Assembly (NCBI GenBank): GCA_963713825.1
Contig: CAVQNG010000025.1
Coordinates: forward strand, 608,001 to 672,000
Length of the DNA: 64,000 bases
Reading direction: 5' to 3'
Source: an uncultured Acidobacteriota bacterium
GTDB taxonomy: Bacteria; Acidobacteriota; Thermoanaerobaculia; Multivoradales; JAHEKO01
This document shows positions 27,926-38,459 of this stretch, piece by piece. A model generated the notes under the pieces. It saw only the letters and a list, made by a program, of their open reading frames with translations, was not told the origin of the DNA and searched no databases. How positions within the stretch are numbered: the stretch's first letter is position 1; each line of letters opens with the position of its first letter. The position numbers were made by a program, and so were the translations under genes.

Positions 27926-29122
27926 TCACTCCGCCCTGAGCGCCTCGATCGGGTCGAGACTCGCGGCGCGTCTGGCTGGCATCACACCAGACAGCAGGCC
28001 GACGGCGAAGCTCACCGTCACTGCCAGAGCGACGAATAGGAAGGGTGTGCGGATCGGCAGCCCCGGCACGGCGACACGAAGCAGCGCACAGAGCGCCAGC
28101 CCGCAGCCGATTCCAATCAGACCGCCGAGGGTGGAGAGCGTCGCTGCCTCGGTGAGAAACACCAACTGCACCTGTCTCCGTGTTGCGCCGATGGATCGGA
28201 TGAGACCGATCTCGTTCATACGCTCGCCGACTGCGATCCACATCATGGTGAGTATCCCGATCACCCCGACGAGAAGGGAAACCCCGCCGATGGCGCCGAC
28301 GGCCATGGTGATGATGTTCATGATGTTGCCGAAGACTTCCAACATGGCGGCTTGCGAGGTGATGGCGAAGTCCTCTTTGCCGCCATGTCTGTCGGTCAGG
28401 ACCAGCCGCACGCTTTCCTTCACCTCGTCCAACATGCTGGCATTGGCGAAGGTCAGGTCGATCTCCATGAGCTCATCCATGTTGAAGATCTTCATGGCAG
28501 AGGCGACAGGGATATAGGCGGCATCGTCCAGGTCGAAGCCCAGGAACTGCCCCTTGGGCTCCATCAGGCCGACGACCCGGAATCGAGACCCGGCGATGCG
28601 AACAAACTGTCCCAGCGCATTGCCATTCCCGAAGAGCTCTCTCTTGAGCTTCGGTCCCAATACTGCCTGGGCCACCCCCCGGCGAGGATCACCCGATGGC
28701 CAGAAGGAGCCGACCCGAACTCCCCACTGCCAGACCGTTGGAACCTCGGGCGTGACCCCATAGACAAAGACGCTCCGCCCTCGGCCGCCGCCTTCGACGC
28801 GAGCCGAGCCAAAGGTCATCGGTACGACTTCCAGGACGCCTGGAATTCGAGCCAGAGCCTCCGCATCATCGATGGTCAGTTTGTGGGTCGTGCCTCCCAG
28901 GGCCCCTGGCAGTCCCGATGTCTCCGACTTCCCTGGGTTGATGCCAATCAGATTGGTTCCGAACTGGGTGAACTGGGACACCATGTAGGCTCGAGTGCCT
29001 TCGCCAATCGACGTCAGGAGAATCACCGACGCGATGCCGATGGCGACGCCCAGCATGGAAAGAACCGAGCGCAGTCGGTGTCCGCGGATCGCCCTCAGAG
29101 CGAGAAAGATCAATTCACGCAT
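27926..29122 (-). CDS. MacB/FtsX-type ABC transporter permease
   Basis: RSVLSMLGVAIGIASV, ERMNEIGLIRSIGA, PARRAASLDPIEALR. Confidence 0.92.
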   Translation of the reverse strand: MRELIFLALRAIRGHRLRSVLSMLGVAIGIASVILLTSIGEGTRAYMVSQFTQFGTNLIGINPGKSETSGLPGALGGTTHKLTIDDAEALARIPGVLEVVPMTFGSARVEGGGRGRSVFVYGVTPEVPTVWQWGVRVGSFWPSGDPRRGVAQAVLGPKLKRELFGNGNALGQFVRIAGSRFRVVGLMEPKGQFLGFDLDDAAYIPVASAMKIFNMDELMEIDLTFANASMLDEVKESVRLVLTDRHGGKEDFAITSQAAMLEVFGNIMNIITMAVGAIGGVSLLVGVIGILTMMWIAVGERMNEIGLIRSIGATRRQVQLVFLTEAATLSTLGGLIGIGCGLALCALLRVAVPGLPIRTPFLFVALAVTVSFAVGLLSGVMPARRAASLDPIEALRAE

Positions 29123-29198
29123 GACTTCCCACTCGCGGCTCTTCTCTCACGAAGACGCGCCTCGGGTGCGGAATGGCCAGAGTCTGCGGCGAATGCAA

Positions 29199-30398
29199 TC
29201 ATCGCCCGGCGAGTGCGATTACGGGGTCGAGCCGGCTCGCGCGACGCGCTGGCAGGAGCCCAAAGGTGATGCCAACCGCCACCGATACCAGGAGGGCGGC
29301 TGCGACCGCCCAATTGGGCGGAGCGGCTGGAAAGGCTGGATAGACTCTCACCAGGACTCCCACCATCAGCCAACCGAACCCGAGACCGACCAGTCCTCCG
29401 AAGGTCGAAAGCAGCGCCGCCTCGGTGAGAAAGACGGAGAGAATCTGGCGCCTGCCCACTCCCAGCGCCTTGAGCAGCCCGACCTCGCGCGTGCGCTCGG
29501 AAACCGAGACCAGCATCACATTCATGATGCCGATGCCGGCTACCGTCAGGGAGATTGCGGCGATGGCTCCCAAGGCCAGCGTGAGGGCTGTCAGGATGCC
29601 TGAGAATGTCGTCAGCAGTGCATCCTGGCTGATGACGGTGATGTCTTCCTCGCCGTGACGTTCGGTCAGCAGTCGGCGGGATTTGTCCCGCAGCATATCG
29701 ATGTCCGCGTGGCTGGAGGACTGAATCAGGATACGGAACAACGAGGTCCGATTGAACATCTGCATGGCGGTTGTTACCGGCACCATCGCCAGGTCGTCGA
29801 AATCGACGCCCATCTTGACACCCTGCCAGGCCAGGACACCGATGACCCGTATTCTCCAGCCACCGATCCGAATGATCTTGCCGACGGGGTCTTCTCCCGC
29901 GAAGACCTCCCGCGCCAACTTTGGGCCCACGACCGCCACGGGCGAGCCACGGAACATCTCTTCATTGGGAAGGAAGCTACCCTTGGCGACCTCGATCTGG
30001 CGTGCCAGCATGTAGTCGTGGGTCGTGCCCAGAATCGCCACCTGCCTGCGGCGCTCACCGAAGGCGACCTGCTCGGTACCCATGGTCAGTGGGGCGACTC
30101 TCTGAATCTCGGCAATCGAGCGCACCAGCGCCTCAGCATCCTGTAGCGTCAGGTCGTTGGGCACACCACCAGCGCCCACGGTACCGGTGGTCTCGGTTTT
30201 GCCCGGCACGACGATCAGCAGATTGGTGCCGAGACTGGCGAACTGGTCGATGACATACCGGCGGGCACCCTCTCCCAAAGCTGTGAGAATCACGACGGCA
30301 GCCACCCCGATCACGACTCCCAGCAGGCTCAACGCAGTGCGCAGCCCATGGCCGGTCAGGCCCTTTAAAGAGAATCGGAAGAGATCGGCCAGTGTCAT
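29199..30398 (-). CDS. MacB/FtsX-type ABC transporter permease
   Basis: RTALSLLGVVIGVAAV, GIMNVMLVSVSERTREVG, PARRASRLDP. Confidence 0.92.
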   Translation of the reverse strand: MTLADLFRFSLKGLTGHGLRTALSLLGVVIGVAAVVILTALGEGARRYVIDQFASLGTNLLIVVPGKTETTGTVGAGGVPNDLTLQDAEALVRSIAEIQRVAPLTMGTEQVAFGERRRQVAILGTTHDYMLARQIEVAKGSFLPNEEMFRGSPVAVVGPKLAREVFAGEDPVGKIIRIGGWRIRVIGVLAWQGVKMGVDFDDLAMVPVTTAMQMFNRTSLFRILIQSSSHADIDMLRDKSRRLLTERHGEEDITVISQDALLTTFSGILTALTLALGAIAAISLTVAGIGIMNVMLVSVSERTREVGLLKALGVGRRQILSVFLTEAALLSTFGGLVGLGFGWLMVGVLVRVYPAFPAAPPNWAVAAALLVSVAVGITFGLLPARRASRLDPVIALAGR

Positions 30399-30417
30399 GT
30401 GCCCCTCGTGATAGGTC

Positions 30418-31140
30418 TCAAGCCTCGTCCTCCTCGGCCAGCATCGCGAGGACCTCGCTGATCTGGTCACTGGCGACCCGCCGCTCGATTCGCCCATCCA
30501 CGAGCACCAGAATGCGCTCGGCTCGGTGGGCTACCTTCGGATCGTGAGTCACGACGATGAGTGTCAGACCTTCGTCGTTCATCCGATCCAGCAGGTCGAG
30601 GACGACTTTCCCCGATGCGCTGTCGAGGTTGCCGGTCGGCTCGTCGGCCAGCAGTATCTCGGGCTCCATGACTGTGGCGCGGGCCAGTGCGACTCGTTGA
30701 CGTTCGCCGCCGGAGAGCTGATCGGGAAGATGGTCGGCGCGGTGCGTCAGCCCGACGGCCTCGAGCGCGCTCGCCACCCGACGTCGGCGCTCGGCTCTCG
30801 GCTGTCCGGCGAAGATCATCGGTAGCTCCACGTTCTCGGCCGCCGATAGCCGATGCACGAGGTGGAAGAATTGAAACACGAACCCGATCTTGTGGCGGCG
30901 CACCATAGTGAGTGCCGATTCATCCAGCTCGGCGACTTCCTGGTCGTCGAGGCGGAAGCTGCCTGTCGATGGTTTGTCGAGACAGCCGAGAATGTTGAGC
31001 AGGGTGGATTTGCCAGACCCGGACGGTCCCATGATCGCGACGTGCTCTCCGGGCTGGATCTCCTCGTCGATATCGACCAGGGCGTGGACCGGCTGATCGC
31101 CGACCTGGAACGTGCGACTGATTTTCGACAGCTTGATCAT
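30418..31140 (-). CDS. ABC transporter ATP-binding protein (LolD/MacB-like)
   Basis: GPSGSGKST, LSGGERQR, LLADEPTGNLD, VVTHD. Confidence 0.95.
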   Translation of the reverse strand: MIKLSKISRTFQVGDQPVHALVDIDEEIQPGEHVAIMGPSGSGKSTLLNILGCLDKPSTGSFRLDDQEVAELDESALTMVRRHKIGFVFQFFHLVHRLSAAENVELPMIFAGQPRAERRRRVASALEAVGLTHRADHLPDQLSGGERQRVALARATVMEPEILLADEPTGNLDSASGKVVLDLLDRMNDEGLTLIVVTHDPKVAHRAERILVLVDGRIERRVASDQISEVLAMLAEEDEA

Positions 31141-31163
31141 CGGAGGATAGCCGCTCCCTCAAT

Positions 31164-32312
31164 CTACTCGTCAGGTTCAGAGGCAGCTTCGGCCAGGGCC
31201 CCGTCTTCGACCTCTTGCCGATCGAGAGAGGTCACAATCAGATCTCCCTCGGACAGGCCGTCGACGATCTCGGTGAAGTTCCAGTTGCGCAGGCCCAACT
31301 CTACCGCTCGCTCGCTCAGCCGGTCTCCTTCCAGTACGAGGACCTTGCCGCCCTCGATCAAGGAGGAAGTCGAGATCCGCAGCACGTCTTGGCGTGTGCT
31401 CAGAATCACTTCGACGTCGGCTGAGGTTCCAGGCAGCAGGAGGGTTTCCCTCAGGTCGGTAAGCTCGACCTCGATCTCGACGGTGCGATTCTGTGCCTCG
31501 ATGTCGAGGACATAGGGAGCTACCCGGGTGACGATCCCGGCGAAATCTCTGTCGCGGTGGGAATCGACCGTCACTCGCGTCGGTTGGTTGGCGTGAATCC
31601 GAGCCGAGTCCACTTCATCCATCGGTGCGCTCACGTAGAGGGAATCGGGGTCCAGCACATCGATCACCGGTGGAACCGGCAGCGCTGGAGGGGAGGGCGT
31701 CGTCCACTCGCCGACTTCGGTCGCGACTTCGGCTACGACGCCGGCAAACGGTGCCCGGACAATGGTCTTGTCGACCTCCGTATGAGCCACCGCCACCGCC
31801 GCTGAGGCGCGCTCGACCGTGGCGCCTGCCGCAGCGCAGGCAGCGTCTGCGGCACGTTTCCCGCTGTCGATCTCGTCCAGGAGATCTGCCGAGATGATGC
31901 TCTCCTCGGCCAGTCGTTCGGAGCGCTCGAGCTCGCGACTGGAGCGTTCCGCTGCGAGGCAGGCCCGGTCCCTTTCGGCCCGGGTGGCCTCGAGGTCTTC
32001 CTCCGCCAGTCTCAGGCGCGCCCTCTGGAGACTGTCGTCCAAGCGCAGGAGGGTATTGCCGGCCATGACCCGATCGCCTTCGCGAAACGGCACCTCGACG
32101 ACCAGTCCCCCATACTCCGGCGACAACTTCGCCCGGCGGCGGGCCTTGACGGTACCCGCTCTGGAGTTGGTGACGGTCTCCTCTACCAGACCCCGAGTCA
32201 CCGCCTGGACCTCGACCTCGATCGGCTTGGGCTTGAAGACCGTCATCTTCAAGGCGATGCCAACCGCGACGAGAAGAGCCACGACGAGAAACCGTTTGAG
32301 CCATTTGTTCAT
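31164..32312 (-). CDS. Efflux periplasmic adaptor subunit (MacA-like membrane fusion protein)
   Basis: N-terminal anchor; G.V..V...EGDRV..G..L lipoyl half-motif; coiled hairpin; IVRAPFAGVV; EIVDGLSEGD. Confidence 0.9.
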   Translation of the reverse strand: MNKWLKRFLVVALLVAVGIALKMTVFKPKPIEVEVQAVTRGLVEETVTNSRAGTVKARRRAKLSPEYGGLVVEVPFREGDRVMAGNTLLRLDDSLQRARLRLAEEDLEATRAERDRACLAAERSSRELERSERLAEESIISADLLDEIDSGKRAADAACAAAGATVERASAAVAVAHTEVDKTIVRAPFAGVVAEVATEVGEWTTPSPPALPVPPVIDVLDPDSLYVSAPMDEVDSARIHANQPTRVTVDSHRDRDFAGIVTRVAPYVLDIEAQNRTVEIEVELTDLRETLLLPGTSADVEVILSTRQDVLRISTSSLIEGGKVLVLEGDRLSERAVELGLRNWNFTEIVDGLSEGDLIVTSLDRQEVEDGALAEAASEPDE

Positions 32313-32476
32313 GGGTTCACCCCGATGCGCGTAGGTCCGATCTCGAACTGTAGCAGAGGGGAGCGGTGGAGTTCCCAGGTGATCTTGCTCCCTCTTGGGC
32401 AGGCGGGTACCATAGCCGAGGACAGGGTCTTCTGCCCTGGTTCGACGATTCACCAATCAGGTACGGCGAGATCGAA

Positions 32477-33436
32477 ATGAAGAGGATTTTGGTCACAGGA
32501 GCTCTGGGTCAGATCGGCTCGGAGCTGGTTCCCGCATTGCGTCGCAAGTATGGCTCCGACAACGTGGTCGCCTCTGACATTCGGGTGATTCGGCTCGAAC
32601 AGATCGGTGACGAAGGCCCGTTCGAGGTCTTGGACTGCACCCGTCTCAGGCAGTTGTTGGAGGTCGTCCGTCGGTACGACATCGACACGGTCTTTCACCT
32701 TGCTGCCCTGCTCTCGGCAGTCGCTGAAGAGAAACCGCAAGTGGCGTGGGATGTCAACATGGGTGGCCTCTATCGGGTTCTGGAAGTGGCTCGCCAGACA
32801 CGCTGCGCGGTGTTCTTCCCAAGCTCGATTGGAGCCTTTGGACCCGGCACACCGAAGGACCTGGCACCGCAGGATACGGTGCAGCGGCCCAACACGATGT
32901 ATGGCGTCACGAAGGTGTCCGGGGAGTTGCTGTGCGACTACTATCACCAGCGCTTCGGTGTTGACACGCGCGGCGTGCGCTTTCCTGGGCTGATTTCCTA
33001 CGGGGCCCCGCCTGGAGGTGGCACGACGGATTACGCAGTGGAGATCTTCTACGCTGCGATTCAGCATCAGGGCTATACCTGCTTTTTGGGCCGCGACACG
33101 TGCCTCGACATGATGTACATGCCCGACGCGGTGCGGGCGACGATTGGTGTCATGGAAGCCGAATCGACCAACCTCGAGCATAGAAACGCCTTCAATGTGG
33201 CGGCCATGAACTTCACCCCCGAGCGCCTGGCCGAGGAGATTCGACGGCACATACCGGAGTTCACGATCGACTATCAGGTGGATCCGGTGCGTCAGTCGAT
33301 CGCCGACTCGTGGCCGAACTCACTCGACGATTCGGCGGCGCGACAAGAATGGGGCTGGGCCCCGGAGTACGACATCGAGACCATGACGTTGGAGATGCTC
33401 GAGAAGCTTCGCGTCAAGCTCGCAGTCGATGGCTGA
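32477..33436 (+). CDS. tdh: SDR-type L-threonine 3-dehydrogenase
   Basis: TGALGQIGSEL, HLAALLSA, PSSIGAFG, MYGVTK, PGGGTTDYA, MMYMPD, IADSWP; adjacent to kbl. Confidence 0.9.
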   Translation: MKRILVTGALGQIGSELVPALRRKYGSDNVVASDIRVIRLEQIGDEGPFEVLDCTRLRQLLEVVRRYDIDTVFHLAALLSAVAEEKPQVAWDVNMGGLYRVLEVARQTRCAVFFPSSIGAFGPGTPKDLAPQDTVQRPNTMYGVTKVSGELLCDYYHQRFGVDTRGVRFPGLISYGAPPGGGTTDYAVEIFYAAIQHQGYTCFLGRDTCLDMMYMPDAVRATIGVMEAESTNLEHRNAFNVAAMNFTPERLAEEIRRHIPEFTIDYQVDPVRQSIADSWPNSLDDSAARQEWGWAPEYDIETMTLEMLEKLRVKLAVDG

Positions 33437-33505
33437 TTACAAACGACGGAATCGCGCCGATAGGCCGATGGGGTCCGACCCCTTTGACTGAGAAGGAGAG
33501 CTGCA

Positions 33506-34729
33506 ATGCCTTGCGATCGATTGGATCAGGCCCTGAGTCGAGAACTTGCTGAGCTGCGGGAAATGGGGACTCTGAAAGGTGCCGAGTCCGTTGTGACGAG
33601 GGTAGTCCCGGCCGACGGCGAGAGGGGGCCCCGATTCGAGCTGGCCGGCGACACGCAGCAGCAGTACCTGCGGATGAATTCCAACAGCTATCTGGGTTTG
33701 TCGTTGCGTCAGGAGCTGGTCGAGGCCGAGGAGGTGGCAGCTCGTCGATTCGGTACTGGCCCCGGAGCTGTACGGTTCATCAGCGGCACTTACCAGGCCC
33801 ATGTGGATCTGGAGGCCCGACTCGCGGCCTACCATGATCGTCAGGCTGGGATGGTCTTCAGCTCTGCCTACGCCACGACCATGGGCGTCTTGCCCGCGTT
33901 GATTACCAGCGACACGGTGGTCATCAGTGATGCCTTGAACCACAATTGCATCATCAACGCCATGCGATTGGCCCGGCCCGGGGCGAAAGAAGTCTACGAC
34001 CACGTAGATCTGGCAGACCTGGACAAAAAGCTGGATTCTGCGGCTGGCACCCACCGTCGTGCCTTGGTGGTGACCGACGGCATATTCAGTATGCGGGGTG
34101 ACTGGGCCCCTCTGTCGGAGATCCTCGCGCTAGCACGCTCGTACGACTCCCGGTTCGAGGAGAACGTCGTGGTCGTCGTCGACGACTCCCACGGTGTCGG
34201 TGCCTTCGGCAAGACCGGTCGAGGCACCGAGGAGTTCACTGGCAGTGATCAAGCAGATGTGCTGGTGGCGACTCTCGGCAAGGCCTTCGGGGTCAACGGT
34301 GGCTACGTGGTCGGTGGCGAGCGCCTGATCGAGTATCTGCGCGAGAAGTCTGCGTTCTACATCTATTCGAATCCGATTACTCCGGCCGAGGCTTCGGCGG
34401 CGCTGCGGGCCGTGGAATTGGTCGACAGTCCTCAGGGTCTGGAAATGCTGGAGCATCTCAGGGCGATGACCGCAAGATTCGAGCAGGGACTGGTGAACCT
34501 GGGCTTCGAGACGATTCCTGGAGAGCATCCAGTGGTGCCGCTGATGGTTCGGGATACGGCTCGCACGTCGTCCCTCGTAGGACACTTGAAGCGCCACGGT
34601 GTCCTCGCTACGGGTCTCAACTTTCCTGTGGTTCCCAAGGGAGATGAGGAGATCCGCTTTCAGGTGTCGGCGGATCACACGCCCTACGATATCGACTACA
34701 CCCTGGGGGTTCTGGGGTCGTTCGAATAG
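33506..34729 (+). CDS. kbl: 2-amino-3-ketobutyrate CoA ligase (glycine C-acetyltransferase)
   Basis: NSYLGL, AVRFISGT, SDALNHNCII, DGIFSMRG, DDSHG, TLGKA (PLP Lys); paired with tdh. Confidence 0.88.
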   Translation: MPCDRLDQALSRELAELREMGTLKGAESVVTRVVPADGERGPRFELAGDTQQQYLRMNSNSYLGLSLRQELVEAEEVAARRFGTGPGAVRFISGTYQAHVDLEARLAAYHDRQAGMVFSSAYATTMGVLPALITSDTVVISDALNHNCIINAMRLARPGAKEVYDHVDLADLDKKLDSAAGTHRRALVVTDGIFSMRGDWAPLSEILALARSYDSRFEENVVVVVDDSHGVGAFGKTGRGTEEFTGSDQADVLVATLGKAFGVNGGYVVGGERLIEYLREKSAFYIYSNPITPAEASAALRAVELVDSPQGLEMLEHLRAMTARFEQGLVNLGFETIPGEHPVVPLMVRDTARTSSLVGHLKRHGVLATGLNFPVVPKGDEEIRFQVSADHTPYDIDYTLGVLGSFE

Positions 34730-34767
34730 CCGCAGGATTGCAGGCCCGGCGGCTTGCAGTTCGAGAT

Positions 34768-35520
34768 CTATTGAAGTGAGAAACGGATCGTCAGGCTGAA
34801 GTAGACAGCCACCGGCTCACCTTGCATCGTCGCCGGCTCGAACTTCCACTGCATGGCGGTTTCGACCGCTGATTCACCGAGCCCCATGGGCAGACCCTTC
34901 AGGACCTTCACGTCCCGAACGTTACCTTCCGCATCGATGATGGCCTCCAGAATGACCACTCCCTGAATTCGCCCCTGCCGCGCTTCCTCGGTATAGGGAG
35001 GGGCGGGGGAGAAGGTCTTTCTGGGAGGTAGGACCGACCCGCCCACCTTCATCGGTCCGCTGCCGGGATAGCGGCCAAACCCCTGAGGAACATTGGGCAC
35101 TCCGAAGACCGCGTCGTCGAAGTCCGTCAGGTCGGTGTCGGGTGCATCGACGTTCTCGACGATAATCGGCTCGGGCTCGTCCGGTGTCGGATCCGGTATC
35201 GGGACCTTCTTGCGCTTCTCGGAGCGCTTGGGAATCTGCTGCTGCTGTTGCGGCGGAGGGGGGTTGAAGCGGATCTGCTGCACGACGTAGACCTCTTGCT
35301 TACGACCCACTCGCATCGGCTTGGCCTCCATTTCGGGCAGGTTCAATGCGAACAGAAGCACATGGAGGCCAGCAGCGACGGCAATCGCGATCCGCGTGCG
35401 GATCTTCGACTCTCTTTCTTCAGCAGACGTGTCGATCTCGGGCACGTAACCGAGGTGCACCCTGATGGTCTTCGGTTCCCCACCCTTGACGCGTTGCCAG
35501 CTGGAGCTGTCTTCGAACAT
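34768..35520 (-). CDS. TonB-family energy transducer (TM helix, Pro-rich linker, TonB_C)
   Basis: TM with His (AAGLHVLL); PPPPQQQQ linker; PPYTEEARQGRIQGVVILEAIID..WKFEPA. Confidence 0.85.
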   Translation of the reverse strand: MFEDSSSWQRVKGGEPKTIRVHLGYVPEIDTSAEERESKIRTRIAIAVAAGLHVLLFALNLPEMEAKPMRVGRKQEVYVVQQIRFNPPPPQQQQQIPKRSEKRKKVPIPDPTPDEPEPIIVENVDAPDTDLTDFDDAVFGVPNVPQGFGRYPGSGPMKVGGSVLPPRKTFSPAPPYTEEARQGRIQGVVILEAIIDAEGNVRDVKVLKGLPMGLGESAVETAMQWKFEPATMQGEPVAVYFSLTIRFSLQ

Positions 35521-35675
35521 ATTCAGATCAACCGATGCAATTCTCGGGCCGTCACGTCTTGATTAGATACGGAGAAGGTGCCACCGGGTTCCCATCACTT
35601 CGATGGGTGCTCGAATAGAGGCCATGTCATGCGGACCGCTCGAGCCGGGCGAAGACTACCCCAACGTCCGTCATT

Positions 35676-36485
35676 CTAGCTGCCGGCGAAGGCGGTTCGC
35701 TTGTCCGGCAAGGCAAACCCTCCCATCAGCCCGGCTCGTAGGACGAACTCTTCGGACAGCAATCGGTATGCCTCGGCGCCGGGAGAGCCGGGGTCGAACT
35801 CGAAAATGGTCTGACCCTGTGCCGGGGCCTCCGCCAAACGGATATTGGTACGGATCTCCACCGCGAAGACCCGCTCTTCGAATTCCGCGCGGATTTGGCG
35901 TACGTTGTCCCGGTTCGCTCGGGTCCGGTAGTCGACCATGGTGAGCACGACTCCGAGCAGGCGGGTGGGGCTACCCAGGCGCTGGCAAAGTCGGTCGGCT
36001 GACGCGCAGACATTGCGGACTCCTTCGATAGCCAGATAGTGGGGTACGGCTGGGACGATATAGCAGTCCGATGCCATCAGAGCGTTGACCGGTGCCAACG
36101 AGGGAAATGCTGGGCAGTCGATGAGCACGAAGTCGAAGCTGTCAGCGACCACCGAGAGCTCCTCTTTCAGCAGGCTTTCCCGCCTTGGCAACGGTCCCAA
36201 CTCGCGGTCGAGGCTGGTCAGATCGGTCGAGGCCGTGACCAGATAGAGACCCATGACTCTGGTCGCTCTGATGGCATCCGCGATCGGATAGGAGTTCAAG
36301 AGCACATCGGCTGACGAGGGAGCCAAAGCCCATCTGGATACCCCCAGGGAGAGCGAGGTCGAAGCCTGGCTATCGAGATCCAGCAGCAGGACTTTGTAGC
36401 CCTGGCCAGCCAGGGCCGCTGCTAGATTGACGGAAGTCGTGGTTTTTCCCACACCTCCTTTTCTGCTCAGGATGGCAGTAATCAC
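35676..36485 (-). CDS. ParA/Soj-family ATPase (orphan)
   Basis: Deviant Walker A KGGVGKTT, LDLDSQAS, VLIDCP, IRLAEAP; no parB nearby. Confidence 0.9.
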   Translation of the reverse strand: MITAILSRKGGVGKTTTSVNLAAALAGQGYKVLLLDLDSQASTSLSLGVSRWALAPSSADVLLNSYPIADAIRATRVMGLYLVTASTDLTSLDRELGPLPRRESLLKEELSVVADSFDFVLIDCPAFPSLAPVNALMASDCYIVPAVPHYLAIEGVRNVCASADRLCQRLGSPTRLLGVVLTMVDYRTRANRDNVRQIRAEFEERVFAVEIRTNIRLAEAPAQGQTIFEFDPGSPGAEAYRLLSEEFVLRAGLMGGFALPDKRTAFAGS

Positions 36486-36587
36486 AACTCTTCCCTAAGG
36501 CACACGGACCCGCTCCACGCATGCAGTGGTTGGAGGCCAGGCGGTGCCACGGTTCAGCCGCTAGCTATTCTAGCTCGTCGAACCGCT

Positions 36588-38459
36588 CTACGGCCGGAAG
36601 GGCAGGCGAACGAGGGTCGTAGGCCAGGGGCGGCGGCGAAATCCATAGATGGAAAAGGCGAGGGCGGGAGTGCGGTCCATCGTCAGACCCAAGCCTCCGC
36701 CAGGTGCTCGGGCAGCGCCTTCGATTCCCAATTGCACGATCCTGTCGACGTCGTCTCCACTCGCCCGGAGTGCCTCCATTGTCCGTTGAGTCAAGTCGTC
36801 CCTGTCCTTCAACTTGGCGGTCTGCAAGAGCCTCGGTTCGAGGCGCACCGCGGTTGCCGCCCAATGCGGAGCCTCGGGGTGCTGCGGTCGACTCAGCGCC
36901 ATCAGGAAAGGTGGCAAAGGTGCAAGAGGATCCAAGTTCCGTGCCTTCACCAGAGTCTCCAGGGTCCAATCAGCCGAGATTTCCATGCCCATGAAGCCGG
37001 CTGTCAGCCAAAAAGCTGCTAGTCCTTCGGCCTCTTCGGCGGCCTGCAAAGCGAGCCGGGCCGACTCTTCATCGATGCCCTGGAGGGTGCCTTGAAGCCA
37101 TGCCTTTCTGGCCCCATAGAGAGGGAACGCAGGATCCAGGTCCCTGGCCCAACCAATCTCGTCCAGGGCTCGAATCGGGGTTTCGGCGGCTACGGCCCGA
37201 TCATAGTGGACCTGTGCCAGGACCTTGGGTAGGAGCAAGGCGCATACCGGCAGGAGGTACAGCAAAGTGAACAGAAGTCGTGGTCGAATGCCACGGGACC
37301 CAGTTTCGGATCTGCTGGCCAGACTCGCTCCGGATGCGGTGATGGCGGCAGCTGGAAGAGCGAGGATGCTAATGGCGGCATTGCCCAGGAGGAAGAGAGA
37401 TCCACCGGCCAGCCCGAGCAGGGCAGTGAGCTGTGCCGGGCTTCGGCGTCGATTGTTGTCTCGAGACCCGCTTCGGGCGATGAAGAGTATCCAGAGGCAG
37501 GCGGCGAGCACCAGACCTGTCAGGCCGAGCTCGAACGCCAGTTGAGCGGGTAGCGAGTGTAAGTCCCCGACGACCTGGCTGGGTGGATTGACCCCAGGAT
37601 CCGGCCTCAGGAAGCGGGCAATCAGCCAGGGTGTCGAGCCAGGACCCCAACCCATCAGCGGGCGCTCGACGAAGCCGTCCCAGGAGGCCCGCAGGTAGAG
37701 GAATCGCGCCTCGGCGGAGAGGTCGGTTGCGGTGAGAATGCGCCAGCCTCTCGGTAGCTGGCTCAGGGCCGCGAGCCCTGCAGCAGTTGCGAAGGGCAAC
37801 CGAAGTGCTGGCCACCATAGGGCTGCCAGAGCACCCTGTAGCGCCAGGACCACCATGCCGAGCATCGAGCCGGTTGCCAAAATGGCACTAACTCCCATGG
37901 TCAGGGCTGTGGCAGCAAGCCAGCGACGAGCCCCGGTTTTTTGGAGTCCAGCCGCGGCCATGGGGAGGAGAAAGACAAGCCATCCGGCGAGCAGGTTGTG
38001 GTGGCCGAGTGGCATGGCGGCGCGGGAGGAGTCGAGGTGAAGCCACTGCAAGAGGCTCCAACCGGCGACGGCTACGACGACCACCGAAATGGTGACCAGA
38101 CCGATCTGGAGTTGCTCCGGTTGGCGCCAGCATCGTGCGACGCCAGCAGGCGCCGTGAGGAACGCCGGCAGGAGAAGAACACCCACCAGGCCAGCCCTAC
38201 CGACGGGAGACAGGTACCAGCTCGTGATAGCGGTTGCGACGAGAGCGAGCGGGAGCAGTGTTCCGAGCCGTGTACCGAGGCGAAGCGGGTCCGGCCAGTC
38301 AGCGGCGCCGATCAGAGCCAACAACAACACAGAGGCGAAGCCGACGGCACTGCCGCCCGCAGTTGCGCCGCCCGGCAACGTGCCGTACCAGAACGATAGA
38401 AGGGCCAGGAGGAGGCCCGGCACTACGGAACGATAGAGATTACCCCGGACTGGGTTCAC
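36588..38459 (-). CDS. O-antigen ligase / Wzy_C-family membrane protein with C-terminal TPR-like region
   Basis: Multiple TMs; PLGHHNLLAG, ATGS, R..Y..SW......PLMGWGPGS, DLHSLPAQLAFELGLTG. Confidence 0.78.
   Translation of the reverse strand: MNPVRGNLYRSVVPGLLLALLSFWYGTLPGGATAGGSAVGFASVLLLALIGAADWPDPLRLGTRLGTLLPLALVATAITSWYLSPVGRAGLVGVLLLPAFLTAPAGVARCWRQPEQLQIGLVTISVVVVAVAGWSLLQWLHLDSSRAAMPLGHHNLLAGWLVFLLPMAAAGLQKTGARRWLAATALTMGVSAILATGSMLGMVVLALQGALAALWWPALRLPFATAAGLAALSQLPRGWRILTATDLSAEARFLYLRASWDGFVERPLMGWGPGSTPWLIARFLRPDPGVNPPSQVVGDLHSLPAQLAFELGLTGLVLAACLWILFIARSGSRDNNRRRSPAQLTALLGLAGGSLFLLGNAAISILALPAAAITASGASLASRSETGSRGIRPRLLFTLLYLLPVCALLLPKVLAQVHYDRAVAAETPIRALDEIGWARDLDPAFPLYGARKAWLQGTLQGIDEESARLALQAAEEAEGLAAFWLTAGFMGMEISADWTLETLVKARNLDPLAPLPPFLMALSRPQHPEAPHWAATAVRLEPRLLQTAKLKDRDDLTQRTMEALRASGDDVDRIVQLGIEGAARAPGGGLGLTMDRTPALAFSIYGFRRRPWPTTLVRLPFRP

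Noticed and set aside
24611-32312. Genomic island integrated at tRNA-Pro
   Set aside because: No integrase, no duplicated tRNA 3' end seen, and no obvious composition shift.
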